From an uncultured Clostridia bacterium (GTDB lineage Bacteria; Bacillota; Clostridia; TANB77; CAG-508), in NCBI GenBank assembly GCA_934162255.1, contig CAKPIG010000002.1, positions 21,938 to 85,937 on the forward strand: a stretch of DNA of 64,000 bases, in the 5' to 3' direction. The translations under genes and the position numbers were made by a program. The notes beneath the pieces were generated by a model. That model did not search any database. It was not told the origin of the DNA and saw only the letters and a list, made by a program, of their open reading frames with translations. Of this stretch, positions 21,698 through 33,400 are shown in pieces (the first letter of the stretch is position 1; every line of letters starts with the position of its first letter).

Positions 21698-21916
21698 TTG
21701 GCAAAAGAAGATGTTATAGAAGTTGAAGGAACAGTAATTGAAACATTACCAAATACAAATTTCAAGGTAGAACTTGAAAATGGACATCAAATATTAGCAC
21801 ACATATCTGGTAAATTAAGAATGAACTATATAAAGATATTACCAGGAGATAAGGTAAAAGTAGAATTATCACCATATGATTTGACAAGAGGTAGAATCAC
21901 TTGGAGAGCAAAATAG
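21698..21916 (+). CDS. infA: translation initiation factor IF-1
   Basis: TTG start. [18 protein letters not shown]...[16 protein letters not shown] signature. Confidence 0.96.
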   Translation: MAKEDVIEVEGTVIETLPNTNFKVELENGHQILAHISGKLRMNYIKILPGDKVKVELSPYDLTRGRITWRAK

Positions 21917-21969
21917 TAGAAAACATAAATTAACCCAAATAGATATAATAATTTAGGAGGTGCAATAAA

Positions 21970-22083
21970 ATGAAGGTTAGACCATCAGTAAAACCAATTT
22001 GCGACAAATGTAAAGTTATAAAAAGAAAAGGTGTAATTAGAGTAATATGTGAAAACCCTAAACACAAACAAAGACAAGGGTAA
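21970..22083 (+). CDS. rpmJ: 50S ribosomal protein L36
   Basis: Not in the ORF track (37 aa). [37 protein letters not shown] after a GGAGGTG RBS. Confidence 0.95.
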   Translation: MKVRPSVKPICDKCKVIKRKGVIRVICENPKHKQRQG

Positions 22084-22270
22084 CTAAGTTTATAACACAA
22101 ATGAGGTAGCGGCTGTTAAGCATTTTGCTTACATATCAAATTTGTGTTTATATATATGTCCAAAAATAGTTTAAAGATCTAAGTAAACTTAGATGCATTT
22201 CACCTTTAAATAAAAATAGGACAACACTAAACAATAAAAGAAAAAATAAATTTTGGAGGTGCAAAAAAAC

Positions 22271-22639
22271 ATGGCTCGTATAGCAGGAGTAGATTTACCA
22301 AAAGAAAAAAGAGTAGAAATAGGGCTAACATACATATATGGTATAGGAGTTGCTAGTTCAAGAAAAATTTTAGAGGCAGCAAAAGTAAATCCAGATACAA
22401 GAGTTAAAGACCTAACTGATGATGAGGTTAATAAAATAAGAAAAGTTATTGACGAATCATACAAAGTTGAAGGTGATTTAAGAAGAGAAGTTGCTCTTAA
22501 TATAAAGAGATTAACTGAAATTGGATGTTATAGAGGATTAAGACATAGAAGAAGTCTTCCAGTTAGAGGACAAAGAACAAAAACTAATGCTCGTACAAGA
22601 AAAGGTCCAAGAAAATTAGTAAGTAAATCAAAGAAATAA
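22271..22639 (+). CDS. rpsM: 30S ribosomal protein S13
   Basis: [26 protein letters not shown] canonical N-terminus after a GGAGGTG RBS. Confidence 0.96.
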   Translation: MARIAGVDLPKEKRVEIGLTYIYGIGVASSRKILEAAKVNPDTRVKDLTDDEVNKIRKVIDESYKVEGDLRREVALNIKRLTEIGCYRGLRHRRSLPVRGQRTKTNARTRKGPRKLVSKSKK

Positions 22640-22716
22640 TAATTTTTTAAAAGTCACATAACTTACAAATAATAGTAGTGACTTATTGTCCAACAGAAGG
22701 AGGGAAATAAAAGAAA

Positions 22717-23115
22717 ATGGCTAACAAAAATGTAACAAAGAAACCAGTAGCTAGAAGAAATAGAAAAAACATTGAAAAAGGTGAAGCACATATTCATTCA
22801 AGCTTTAATAATACAATAGTTACAATTACAGATACAAACGGAAATACAATTTCATGGGGAAGTGCTGGAGGATTAGGATTCAAAGGATCAAGAAAAAGCA
22901 CACCATTTGCAGCAGGAGAAGTTGCTGAAACAGCAGCAAAAGCAGCAATGGAACATGGATTAAAAACAGTAGAAGTATATGTTAAAGGACCAGGAGCTGG
23001 AAGAGAAGCTGCAATAAGAGCACTTCAATCAGCAGGTCTTGAACTAAGCAGTATTAAAGATGTAACACCAATCCCACACAATGGTTGTAGACCACCAAAA
23101 AGAAGAAGAGTTTAA
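22717..23115 (+). CDS. rpsK: 30S ribosomal protein S11
   Basis: [18 protein letters not shown]...[16 protein letters not shown] signature. Confidence 0.97.
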   Translation: MANKNVTKKPVARRNRKNIEKGEAHIHSSFNNTIVTITDTNGNTISWGSAGGLGFKGSRKSTPFAAGEVAETAAKAAMEHGLKTVEVYVKGPGAGREAAIRALQSAGLELSSIKDVTPIPHNGCRPPKRRRV

Positions 23116-23190
23116 TAAAAATTGGAAGATATGTTCCAAAAATAGAAATAAAACAAGATATAAAATCAATGAAAGAGGTGTAAATAGAAA

Positions 23191-23817
23191 ATGGCACGTT
23201 ATACAGACGAACAATGTCGTATTTGCCGTAGAGAAGGACAAAAATTGTTCTTAAAAGGTTCAAGATGTTATTCTGATAAATGTAGTATCTCTAGAAGAAA
23301 CTATGCACCAGGACAACACGGACAAAAAAGAGCAAAACTTTCTGAATACGGAACACAATTAAGAGAAAAACAAAAAACAAAATCATACTATGGAGTTGGA
23401 GAAAAACAATTCAGAAGATATTTTGAAATGGCATCTAATAAAAAAGGAATAACAGGTGATAACTTACTACAAATATTAGAGAGCAGATTAGATAATGTAG
23501 TTTACAGATTAGGATTTGGAGCTTCAAGAGCTCAAGCAAGACAACTTGTAAACCATGGACAATTTGAAGTAAATGGTAAAAAAGTTGATATTCCATCATA
23601 CTTAGTAAAAGCAGGAGATGTAATAGCAGTAAGAGAAAGCAAAAAAGACAATGGAACAATTAAAGCAAATGTTGAAGCAAATGCTGCAAGACCAGTTCCA
23701 GCATGGTTAGAATTAAATAACGAAACTTTAAGTGGTAAAGTAGTAAGATTAGCATCTAGAGAAGATGTTGATATTCCAGTTGAAGAGCATTTAATAGTAG
23801 AGCTTTACTCTAAATAA
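23191..23817 (+). CDS. rpsD: 30S ribosomal protein S4
   Basis: [16 protein letters not shown]...S4 RNA-binding domain [10 protein letters not shown]. Confidence 0.96.
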   Translation: MARYTDEQCRICRREGQKLFLKGSRCYSDKCSISRRNYAPGQHGQKRAKLSEYGTQLREKQKTKSYYGVGEKQFRRYFEMASNKKGITGDNLLQILESRLDNVVYRLGFGASRAQARQLVNHGQFEVNGKKVDIPSYLVKAGDVIAVRESKKDNGTIKANVEANAARPVPAWLELNNETLSGKVVRLASREDVDIPVEEHLIVELYSK

Positions 23818-23845
23818 TAGTTTTTAATAATATTAGGAGGTAAAA

Positions 23846-24793
23846 ATGATAGAATTTGAAAAGCCAAATATTGAATGTCTAGAGGTTGATGAGGCAAACA
23901 ATTATGCAAAATTTGTATGCGAACCATTAGAAAGAGGATATGGTGTAACAATTGGAAATTCACTAAGAAGAATATTACTTTCTTCATTAACAGGTTGTGC
24001 AATAACAAGTGTTAAAATAGAAGGTGTATTACATGAATTTTCAAGCATACCAAATGTTGTAGAAGATGTACCAGAAATAATAGTCAATTTAAAAAATGTA
24101 AGACTAAAGTTTGCTGAAAATGAAGAAAAAGTTATGAGGATTAACTTTAAAGGAGAGGGAGAAGTAACTGCAGGTGATATTATAACAGATGGAACTGTAG
24201 AAATCTTAAATCCAGACTTACATATAGCAACTGTATCAGAAGGTGGACAATTAATAATGGAAATGACAGCAGATATGGGAAGAGGATATTCCCCTTCAGA
24301 AAAAAATAAAAAACCAAACCAAGACATATCTGTGCTTCCAATAGATTCAATTTATACACCAGTTAAAAAAGTAAATTATCAAGTAAAAAACACTAGAGTA
24401 GGGCAAATGGTTGACTATGATAAATTAATTATAGAAGTATGGACAAACGGTAGCTTAAAAGCTGATGAAGCATTAAGCTTAGCTGCAAAAGTAATGACAG
24501 GACATTTAGAATTATTCATAGATTTATCAGAAGCAACAAGAAATACACAAGTAATGATAGAAAAAGAAGAATCTAAAAAAGAAAAAGTATTAGAAACTTC
24601 AATAGAAGAATTAGAATTATCTGTAAGATCATTCAATTGTTTAAAAAGAGCAGGTATTGCTACAGTTGAAGATTTAACAAACAAATCAGAGAGTGATATG
24701 ATGAAAGTTAGAAACTTAGGAAAGAAATCATTAGATGAAGTAACTGCAAAATTACATTCATTAGGACTAAGTTTCGCTCAAGAAGATGAATAA
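23846..24793 (+). CDS. rpoA: DNA-directed RNA polymerase alpha subunit
   Basis: [19 protein letters not shown]-terminal domain and C-terminal [16 protein letters not shown]hH domain. Confidence 0.97.
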   Translation: MIEFEKPNIECLEVDEANNYAKFVCEPLERGYGVTIGNSLRRILLSSLTGCAITSVKIEGVLHEFSSIPNVVEDVPEIIVNLKNVRLKFAENEEKVMRINFKGEGEVTAGDIITDGTVEILNPDLHIATVSEGGQLIMEMTADMGRGYSPSEKNKKPNQDISVLPIDSIYTPVKKVNYQVKNTRVGQMVDYDKLIIEVWTNGSLKADEALSLAAKVMTGHLELFIDLSEATRNTQVMIEKEESKKEKVLETSIEELELSVRSFNCLKRAGIATVEDLTNKSESDMMKVRNLGKKSLDEVTAKLHSLGLSFAQEDE

Positions 24794-24806
24794 AATATAA
24801 GAAGAG

Positions 24807-25325
24807 GTGAAAAAATTGGCTACAAATAGAAAATTAGGTAGAACTACTGATATAAGAATGTCAATGCTAAAAACATTAACAACAGACTTGATATTACATG
24901 GAAAAGTTGAAACAACAGAAGCTAGAGCAAAAGAAGTAAAAGCAATTGCTGATAGCATAATAGCACTAGCTGTAAAAGAAAAAGATAACTTTGAAATGGT
25001 TGATGTAAAAGTAGTAAAAGCTAAATTAGATGCAAAAGGTAACAAAGTTACTGAAATAGCAAAAAGCAAAAATGGTAAAGAATACTTAAAAGTTGTAAAA
25101 GAAGAAACAACAGAAAGTAGACAAAAAGATATGCCATCAAGACTAAATGCTAGAAGAAAAATGATGACAAAATTAAACAAAGTAAAAGATGTAGATGTAA
25201 TCGGAAAACTATTTAATGAAATAGCTCCAAAATATGAAGGAAGAGTTGGAGGATATACAAGAATAGTTAAAGCTGGTCCACGTAGAGGAGACGGAGCTGA
25301 AGTAGCTATATTAGAACTTGTTTAA
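24807..25325 (+). CDS. rplQ: 50S ribosomal protein L17 (about 50-aa internal insertion)
   Basis: [18 protein letters not shown]-terminus and [26 protein letters not shown]-terminus. GTG 24807 or TTG 24816 start. Confidence 0.93.
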   Translation: MKKLATNRKLGRTTDIRMSMLKTLTTDLILHGKVETTEARAKEVKAIADSIIALAVKEKDNFEMVDVKVVKAKLDAKGNKVTEIAKSKNGKEYLKVVKEETTESRQKDMPSRLNARRKMMTKLNKVKDVDVIGKLFNEIAPKYEGRVGGYTRIVKAGPRRGDGAEVAILELV

Positions 25326-25342
25326 AAACAAAATTGAATATA

Positions 25343-25448
25343 TATTATCAAGAGTGGAGTAGAGAACGGCTCGTTAATCCCACAGCAACCTGCAAAACTG
25401 TAAGGTGCTAATACCGGCAAAGCAATAAGCTTTGAGTGATGATTATTA
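25343..25448 (+). promoter_or_regulatory. SAM-I (S-box) riboswitch
   Basis: Matches the S-box core: TTATCAAGAG-GGAG-AGA..GGC.C..TAA.CCC..GCAACC....AAGGTGCTAA.ACC.GCAA....GAGTGAT. Lies immediately upstream of metK. Confidence 0.85.
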
Positions 25449-25450
25449 AA

Positions 25451-25487
25451 AAAGACTCATAGCAAAAGCTAAGAGTTCTTTTTTTAT
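25451..25487 (+). terminator. riboswitch expression-platform terminator
   Basis: AGACTCATAGC-AAAA-GCTAAGAGTTCT hairpin followed by TTTTTTT. Confidence 0.75.
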
Positions 25488-25502
25488 TTATAAAAGAAAG
25501 GA

Positions 25503-26624
25503 ATGATGAATGTGAAAAAATATTATTTTACATCTGAAAGTGTAACAGAAGGGCATCCAGATAAATTATGTGATTATATATCAGATACAATATTAGATGA
25601 AGCATTAAAACATGATAAAAACTCAAGAGTTGCAGTAGAAACATTTGCATCAGCAAACCAAATAACAATAGCAGGGCAAATAACTACAAATGCTGAACTA
25701 GATATAGAAAAAATTGTAAGAGATAGAATAAAAGAAATTGGATATGATAGAGCAGATTTAGATATAGATTATAAAACATGTAAAATCGATATAAATATAA
25801 CAAAACAAAGTTCTGACATAGCTCAAGGTGTTGATATAGGCGGAGCAGGAGACCAAGGTATAATGTTTGGATATGCATCAGATGAAACCGAAGAATACAT
25901 GCCTTTTGCAATATCAATGGCTCATAAATTAGCAAAAAGACTTACAGAAGTAAGAAAAAATGGAATACTACCATATTTAAGACCAGATGGAAAAACACAA
26001 GTAACAGTAGAATATGAAAATGATAAAGTAAAAAGAATAGATACTATTTTAATATCTACACAACATGAAGCTGATGCAGATATAGAAAAATTAAAAGAAG
26101 ATATTGTGAAGGAAGTAATAAAAAATGTAATACCTGAAAAATATTTAGACCAAGAAACAAAATACTTTATAAATCCAACAGGAAGATTCGTAATAGGGGG
26201 ACCATTAGGTGATACAGGATTAACTGGTAGAAAAATAATAGTAGACACATATGGTGGATATGCTCGCCATGGAGGAGGTGCATTCTCAGGAAAAGATTCA
26301 ACAAAAGTAGATAGAAGTGCAGCATATATGATGAGACATATTGCAAAAAATATAGTTGCAAATGGTTATGCAAAAAAATGTGAAATACAAGTAGCATATG
26401 CAATTGGAGTCGAAAAACCAATGTCAGTATTTGTTGAAACATTTGGAACAAATACTATTCCAGAAGAGCAAATAGAAGAAATGATAGAAAAAAACTTTGA
26501 TCTTACACCAAAAGGAATAATAGAATATTTAGGATTACAAGAACCAATATATACAAAAACAACAAACTATGGTCATTTTGGAAAAAAAGAATTACCATGG
26601 GAAAAAATTATCACATTAAAATAG
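25503..26624 (+). CDS. metK: S-adenosylmethionine synthetase
   Basis: [25 protein letters not shown] and [19 protein letters not shown] signatures. Confidence 0.96.
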   Translation: MMNVKKYYFTSESVTEGHPDKLCDYISDTILDEALKHDKNSRVAVETFASANQITIAGQITTNAELDIEKIVRDRIKEIGYDRADLDIDYKTCKIDINITKQSSDIAQGVDIGGAGDQGIMFGYASDETEEYMPFAISMAHKLAKRLTEVRKNGILPYLRPDGKTQVTVEYENDKVKRIDTILISTQHEADADIEKLKEDIVKEVIKNVIPEKYLDQETKYFINPTGRFVIGGPLGDTGLTGRKIIVDTYGGYARHGGGAFSGKDSTKVDRSAAYMMRHIAKNIVANGYAKKCEIQVAYAIGVEKPMSVFVETFGTNTIPEEQIEEMIEKNFDLTPKGIIEYLGLQEPIYTKTTNYGHFGKKELPWEKIITLK

Positions 26625-26657
26625 AAAAATCATATAATAGCCATAAGGAGGAAAAAG

Positions 26658-27023
26658 ATGGAGAATTTTTTTATAAATTCAATACTTTGGACATTTGCTC
26701 TTTATGGCTTATTTGAATTAGTAAAACAAATTATAAATGCGATTTCATATGTGAATATGAAGGCAAATGGAATATACATAATAATTGCTGCAAAAAATCA
26801 AGAAGAAAAAATAGAAGGATTTTTACGTTCAAGTCTATTTAAAATATTATATGGAAAAGAAGAATATGTAAAAGATATAATTGTAACAGACTTAGGTTCA
26901 ACAGACAAAACACGAACCATAATTAACAAACTTGCAAAAGATTATGATTGTGTAAAAGCAACAAACTGGAAAGAATGTAAAGAAATTATAGATAATATAA
27001 ATGAAGAATTGAAAGAAAAATAA
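26658..27023 (+). CDS. hypothetical membrane-anchored protein with a GT2-like N-terminal motif
   Basis: 121 aa, N-terminal TM helix, IIIAAKNQEE..IEGFLRS and TDLGSTDKT resemble the first Rossmann strands of GT2 enzymes. GGAGG RBS. Confidence 0.45.
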   Translation: MENFFINSILWTFALYGLFELVKQIINAISYVNMKANGIYIIIAAKNQEEKIEGFLRSSLFKILYGKEEYVKDIIVTDLGSTDKTRTIINKLAKDYDCVKATNWKECKEIIDNINEELKEK

Positions 27024-27069
27024 ATCTGTGATAAACTATAATGAAAGAAATTGAGAAAAGAGGACAAAA

Positions 27070-29286
27070 GTGGAAGAAAAAGAAGGCATATTAATAGATA
27101 CAATATATCAAAATGAAATAAATAGTTACACAGTAGGCGTATTTGAAACTGAGGAAGAACAATTTACTATTGTAGGATATTTACCGTTTGTAAGTAAAGG
27201 AGATACATTAAAAATAATAGGCAAATTCATAGAATATAAAGATTATGGAGAACAATTTAAAATTGAATCATTTGAAAAAGTAATGCCAAAAACACTAGCA
27301 GCTCTTGAAAAATATTTAGCAAATGGAAGTATAAAAGGAATAGGACCTGCAACAGCTCAAAAAATAATACAAAACTTTGGAGAAGAGACAATATACATAT
27401 TAAAACATGAACCATTAAAACTATCACAAATAAGAGGAATAAATAAAGAAAAAGCAGTAGAAATATCAGAAAGCTTTATTGAAAATTGGGAAGTGTGGCA
27501 AATTGTAGGATTTTTAGAGCAATTTGGAATAGGCCCAGAAGGTGCAAAAAAAGTGTACAATCTTCTTGGAATCAATGCAATAGAAGAGATTGAAGCAAAT
27601 CCATATATATTAGTAGATATAATAAGAGGAGTAGACTTTAAACAAATTGATGAAATAGCAATAAAACTTGGAATTGAAAGACAGAATTTAAAAAGAGTAG
27701 AAAGTGGAATAAAATATGCATTAATCAAAATAACATATAATGGACATTGTTGTACATTAAAAGAAAATCTAATAGAATATGTAGAAACATTGCTAAATAT
27801 TAATAAAGATATAATAGAAAACGGAATAATAAACTTAAGAGCCAAAAATGAAATTGTAGTAGAAAATAGAGAAGAAAAAGAATGGGTATATTTATACACA
27901 TTTTATAAAACAGAAGAAAAGATAGCACAAAGAATAATAAAACTAAAAAATGCAAAAAACATAAAAAAAGTATCTCGTATAGAAAAAGAACTAAGAATAG
28001 TAGAAGAAAAAACAGAAATAGAATTATCAGAAAAGCAAAAAGATGCAATAAGAGCAATAAATGAAAATAATGTAACAATAATTACAGGTGGACCTGGAAC
28101 AGGTAAAACTACAATAATTAAAAGCATAATTGAAATATATAAGCAGAAAAGATATAAAATAGTATTATGTGCTCCAACAGGAAGGGCTGCTAAAAAAATG
28201 ACAGAAACAACAGGAGAAGAAGCATCAACATTACATAGATTATTAGAAATAGGAAAAGTAGATGAAGAAAGTCTAATAAAAGAAGATAAAGAATATCAGG
28301 GGGCACCAATAGATGCTGATATTATAATAGTTGACGAAGTATCAATGGTAGACATGTTTATAATGAGTTATTTGTTAGATTGCATATATCTTGGAACAAA
28401 GCTAATACTTGTAGGAGATAGTGACCAGTTACCATCAGTAGGTCCAGGAAGTGTGTTAAAAGACTTAATATTATCAGAGCAAGTAAATACAGTACATTTA
28501 GATAAAATATTTAGACAAGCTGCCAAAAGTAAAATAATAGTAAATGCACATAGAGTAAATAATGGAGAGAAGTTTTTAGAAAAAGAGCCTGAAAATTCAA
28601 AAAAAGATTTTTTTTATATAAATGAAAATAATCAAGATGAAATTCTTAAAGAAGTACTATCATTATGTAATGGAAGATTAAAAAAATATGGAGACTATGA
28701 TTTTTTCGAAAGTATACAAGTACTTACTCCAACCAAAAAGGGAATGCTCGGTACAAAAGAATTAAATAAAGCATTGCAAGAAGAACTAAATCCACATAGA
28801 GAAGGTGAAGCTGAAAGAAACAGCATGGGAGTTATTTTCAGAATTGGAGATAGAGTAATGCAAGTAAAAAATAATTATGATATGTACTGGGAAAAGCAAG
28901 AACAAGATAATATAGAAGTAGGAAATGGAGTATTTAATGGAGAAACAGGTACAATAACAAAAATTGATACAGAAGAAAAAATTATAAGAGTAAAATTTGA
29001 TGATGAAAAAGTATGTTGGTATGAATTTAATGACTTAGAACAATTAGAGCACAGTTATGCAATAACAATACACAAAGCACAAGGAAGTGAATTTGATGTA
29101 GTAATAATGATTATACCACAAGCTGCACCAATGTTACTTACAAGAAATTTATTATATACAGGATTAACACGTGCAAAAAAACTACTTATTGTAATAGGAA
29201 ATGATAGAGTAATAAACTTTATGATAAATAATGTAGACAGCAAAAAAAGAAATACAGGATTAGAATATAAGTTAAGAAATGATTAA
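27070..29286 (+). CDS. recD2: SF1B ATP-dependent RecD-like DNA helicase (RecD2)
   Basis: 738 aa. HhH region, Walker A ITGGPGTGKTT, Walker B IIVDEVSMVD, VGDSDQLPSVGPG, and C-terminal YAITIHKAQGSEF. Confidence 0.9.
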   Translation: MEEKEGILIDTIYQNEINSYTVGVFETEEEQFTIVGYLPFVSKGDTLKIIGKFIEYKDYGEQFKIESFEKVMPKTLAALEKYLANGSIKGIGPATAQKIIQNFGEETIYILKHEPLKLSQIRGINKEKAVEISESFIENWEVWQIVGFLEQFGIGPEGAKKVYNLLGINAIEEIEANPYILVDIIRGVDFKQIDEIAIKLGIERQNLKRVESGIKYALIKITYNGHCCTLKENLIEYVETLLNINKDIIENGIINLRAKNEIVVENREEKEWVYLYTFYKTEEKIAQRIIKLKNAKNIKKVSRIEKELRIVEEKTEIELSEKQKDAIRAINENNVTIITGGPGTGKTTIIKSIIEIYKQKRYKIVLCAPTGRAAKKMTETTGEEASTLHRLLEIGKVDEESLIKEDKEYQGAPIDADIIIVDEVSMVDMFIMSYLLDCIYLGTKLILVGDSDQLPSVGPGSVLKDLILSEQVNTVHLDKIFRQAAKSKIIVNAHRVNNGEKFLEKEPENSKKDFFYINENNQDEILKEVLSLCNGRLKKYGDYDFFESIQVLTPTKKGMLGTKELNKALQEELNPHREGEAERNSMGVIFRIGDRVMQVKNNYDMYWEKQEQDNIEVGNGVFNGETGTITKIDTEEKIIRVKFDDEKVCWYEFNDLEQLEHSYAITIHKAQGSEFDVVIMIIPQAAPMLLTRNLLYTGLTRAKKLLIVIGNDRVINFMINNVDSKKRNTGLEYKLRND

Positions 29287-29323
29287 GTAATTGACAATAA
29301 AAGTAAAATAGTGTAATATATAT

Positions 29324-30346
29324 ATGGAGGAATTTTTTATGGAAGATAAAAGAAATCAAAAAAAAGAAATAGAAGCAATGTCAATTAAAAGTGTAAGAAA
29401 TAGAAATGATATACCATATGGTATGAAAAGACAAATAATAGAGCAAGATAAAATTAAAAATCAACAATCAAAAAAACCATTAAGTGAGAAAAAGAGAAGA
29501 CAAAAAACTAGAAGAAAGACAAAAATGGTAAAAAGACTTATCCCAGTATTAGGGGTATCTGCAGTCGCAACAATGTTAGGAATAGCAATACCTAAAATAA
29601 CAAGTGGAGTAATAAATGAACCAAAAGGTCAAGAAGCTGAAGTGCCAGAACAAGAAGAACAAGACAATGACTTCAAAAAAGGCGTAAAAGTTAATGTAAC
29701 TGAAACAGAAACACAAAAACGAAATAGAGAAATAAGTGAAGATATAAAAGGACTTGAAAATCAAGATGAAGTAACAAGGTATTTGAAAGATTTATATATA
29801 AATGAATATGAAAGAATAACAGGTGATGAAAAACTAAATACATCACAAATAGAAATTGTTAAAAAAACAGATTTATATTTATTTGAATTGGATAATGGTC
29901 AATTAGTATCAACAGGAGAACATCCTGAAGCAACAGAAAAAATGCTAAAAAATGATAGTAAAACATACTCTACAACAAAAGATAATATTAATGTATATAA
30001 AGTTCGTTATAAAAATGGAAAAGAATTAATTGACGAAATAACTAGAGATAGCAAAGTTGGAGGAGTAAAAAAAGTAATACCAGAAAATAGATATGAAGAA
30101 CTAAAAGAAAATGATGAGACATCTCCTTTATATAATATTTCAGATATAGTAGAAAAATCATTTGAAATAATAAATCAAATGGAAGGACTAGACAAAGAGC
30201 CCAAAAACGGTACAATAAAAGCTAATATAAAACAAGAAAAAGAAGATTTAACAAGATTAGTACAAGAGTATTATAGTAAAGTTGAACAAGAAAAAAATCA
30301 AAACCAAAACGAACAAAATTATGAAGGACAAGAAAAAGGCGAATAA
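29324..30346 (+). CDS. hypothetical Lys/Glu-rich protein with one TM helix
   Basis: 340 aa. Basic N-terminus, TM LIPVLGVSAVATMLGIAIP, charged extracellular part. No recognisable motif. Confidence 0.5.
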   Translation: MEEFFMEDKRNQKKEIEAMSIKSVRNRNDIPYGMKRQIIEQDKIKNQQSKKPLSEKKRRQKTRRKTKMVKRLIPVLGVSAVATMLGIAIPKITSGVINEPKGQEAEVPEQEEQDNDFKKGVKVNVTETETQKRNREISEDIKGLENQDEVTRYLKDLYINEYERITGDEKLNTSQIEIVKKTDLYLFELDNGQLVSTGEHPEATEKMLKNDSKTYSTTKDNINVYKVRYKNGKELIDEITRDSKVGGVKKVIPENRYEELKENDETSPLYNISDIVEKSFEIINQMEGLDKEPKNGTIKANIKQEKEDLTRLVQEYYSKVEQEKNQNQNEQNYEGQEKGE

Positions 30347-30411
30347 GCTGAATAAATCCCCACTTTTTGCAAATAATATGAAAAACATATTTTGCAAGGA
30401 GTGGAATTTTT

Positions 30412-33400
30412 TTGAAAAAATATAGAAATTTAAGTATAGAAGGTGCAATAATAGATGAAGAACAATTAAATAAACACCTAGAAAAAATTGCAATGCAACA
30501 GGAATTAAAAAACAAGTCAGATTTAAATACTTATCCAATACCACAACTATTAGAAAGTTACAAAAAAATAAAAAATGTATATAATTTATTAAATGAAAAT
30601 ATAAAATTGGAAATAAACATACATCCTGCAGGAGAGTGGATATTAGACAACTTTTATGTAATAGAAGAAACAGTCAGACAAATAGAAAAAGAACTTAATG
30701 AAAAAAAATATACAGAATTTATAGGAATTCAAAATGGAAAATATGAAGGTTTCGCAAGAATATATGTATTAGCAACAGAAATGGTAGCATATACAGATAA
30801 TAAAATAGATGGAGAAAATCTGAAAAAATATTTGCAAGCATATCAAACAAAGAAAAAATTAGATATGGAAGAAATATGGAACATAGGATTGTTTTTACAA
30901 ATTGCAATAATAAAAAATATTGCAGAACTATGTGAAGAAATATATATAAATCAAATTCAAAAATATAAAGTAAAAAGCATAATAGAAAGACTAGTAGAAA
31001 ATAAAAACAAAGATGAATTAAAATATAATAAAATTGAAGAAAATAAACTAACAAAATATAAAAGTATGAAATATCCTTTTATAGAATATATGACATATTC
31101 ATTAAAAAAATATGGAAAAAAAGCACATAAATATTTGGAAATATTAGAACAAGAAGTTGAAAAAACTGGAATTACAGTAGGAGAAGCAATACAAAAAGAA
31201 CATTTTAACACCGCAATTCAAACAATATCAATGGCAAATTGTATAACAAGCATAAAAAAGATACAAAGAATAAATTTTTTAGAAATATTTGAAAATGTAA
31301 ATGAAGTTGAGGAAATCCTAAAAAAAGATCCTGCAAAAATATATCAAAAAATGGAATATAAAACAAAAGAATATTATAGAAATGCAATAAAAGAAATATC
31401 AAAGAAAACAAAAATCTCAGAAGTATATATAGCTAGAAAAGCAATAGAATTATGTGAAAACGAAGAAAACAATTTGAAATATAAACATGTAGGATATTAT
31501 CTAATAAATGACGGAATTGATGAATTATACAAAAAAATAGGCATAGCTAAAAAGAAAATAAAAAATAATACAAAAGTTAAATTATATATAAGTTTAATTA
31601 TAATTTTTACTATAATAATATCAATTCTTATTTCAGAAAAATACACATTGATCCTATTAATACCAGTTTCTGAAATTGTTATTCAAACATTACAATGTAT
31701 CTTAGGAAAAATTATTAAGCCTAAAATAATACCAAAAATGGATTTTTATAATGGAATAAATGAAGAAAATGCAACATTTGTGGTAATTCCTACAATAGTA
31801 AAGAGCAAAGAAAAAGTAAAAGAATTGTTTAGAAAATTAGAAGTTATGTATCTATCAAATAAAAGTAAAAACTTATATTTTGCAGTTTTAGGAGATTGTT
31901 CAGAAAATAATAAGGAGGAAGAACAATTCGACAAAGAAGTAGAAAAACAAGGAATTGAGGAAGTAGAAAGACTAAATAAAAAATATCCAGATAACAAATT
32001 TCCAAAATTTCATTTTATTTACAGGCAAAGAAAGTATAATCCTAGTGAGGAAAAATATTTAGGATGGGAAAGAAAAAGAGGATTGCTTACACAATTTAAT
32101 GAATATATCTTAAAACATGAGAAGAATAAATTTAGAGTAAACACAATTGAAAAGGAAACATTGCCAAAAATAAAATATGTAATTACATTGGATTCAGATA
32201 CAGAATTACCGTTAAATACTGCATTTGAGCTAGTAGGAAGTATGGCACATATTTTAAATAAGCCTGAGATTGATAAACAAAAAAATATTGTGATAAATGG
32301 TCACGCTCTTATACAGCCTAGAGTAGGTGTAAATCTTGAAATAAGTAACAAAAATATTTTTACCAAAATATTTGCTGGGGCAGGAGGAATAGACAATTAC
32401 ACAAATGCCATTTCTGACATATATCAAGACAATTTTGAAGAGGGAATATTCACAGGAAAAGGAATATATAATGTAGAAATATTTTCAAAAGTTTTAAATA
32501 ATGAGATACCTGAAAATACAGTATTAAGTCATGATTTATTAGAAGGTTGCTATTTAAGATGTGGACTTGCAACAGATATAATGCTAATGGACGGATATCC
32601 TCAAAAATATATGAGCTTTATGAATAGATTATCAAGATGGACTAGAGGGGATTGGCAGATAAGAGATTGGTTAAATAGTAAATTGAATTTATTATCAAAA
32701 TATAAAATACTAGATAATTTAAGAAGAAGTTTGCTTGAAATATTTTTACTTATAATAGTATTTATAGAACCGATTTCACATTTAGGAATGTTCATAACAA
32801 TATATCCATTTATTTTAGAAATTTTGAATTTATTAATATTAAGAAAAGAAGGAGAAAAAAAACAAAAAACATTTGAACCACAAATAAGAGGAATAAAAGG
32901 TGCAATATATAGAGCGATTATAACTTTGGGATGTTTACCATATAAAGCATATATTGAATTAATCTCAATAATAAAAACGATATATAGAACAAGAATTTCT
33001 CATAAACATTTATTAGAATGGATGACATCTGAAGAAGCGGAAAATGCTTCAAAAACAACATTAAAACAATATTATAAAAATATGATAGTAAACATTGTAG
33101 CTTCAATAATTATAATGATGATAGGAATGGCAAATAACAATGTTTTATTAACAATTATTGGAGTTTTGTGGATAATAATGCCAGCAATAATGTGTGAAAT
33201 AAGTAAAGTATATCAAAATAATAAAGAAAATTTAAACAAAGAAGAACAAGAATATGTAAAAGAAATAGCAAGAAAAACATGGGGATTTTTCAAAGAATAT
33301 CTAACACAAGAAAATAACTTTTTAATACCAGATAATTACCAAGAAGATAGAAAAAATTCAATAGTCTTAAGAACATCATCAACAAATATTGGATTATCAA

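Noticed and set aside
30347-30411. Duplicated TTTTGCAA motif upstream of the giant gene as a regulatory repeat.
   Set aside because: There are only two short A/T-rich copies, which is indistinguishable from chance in this composition.
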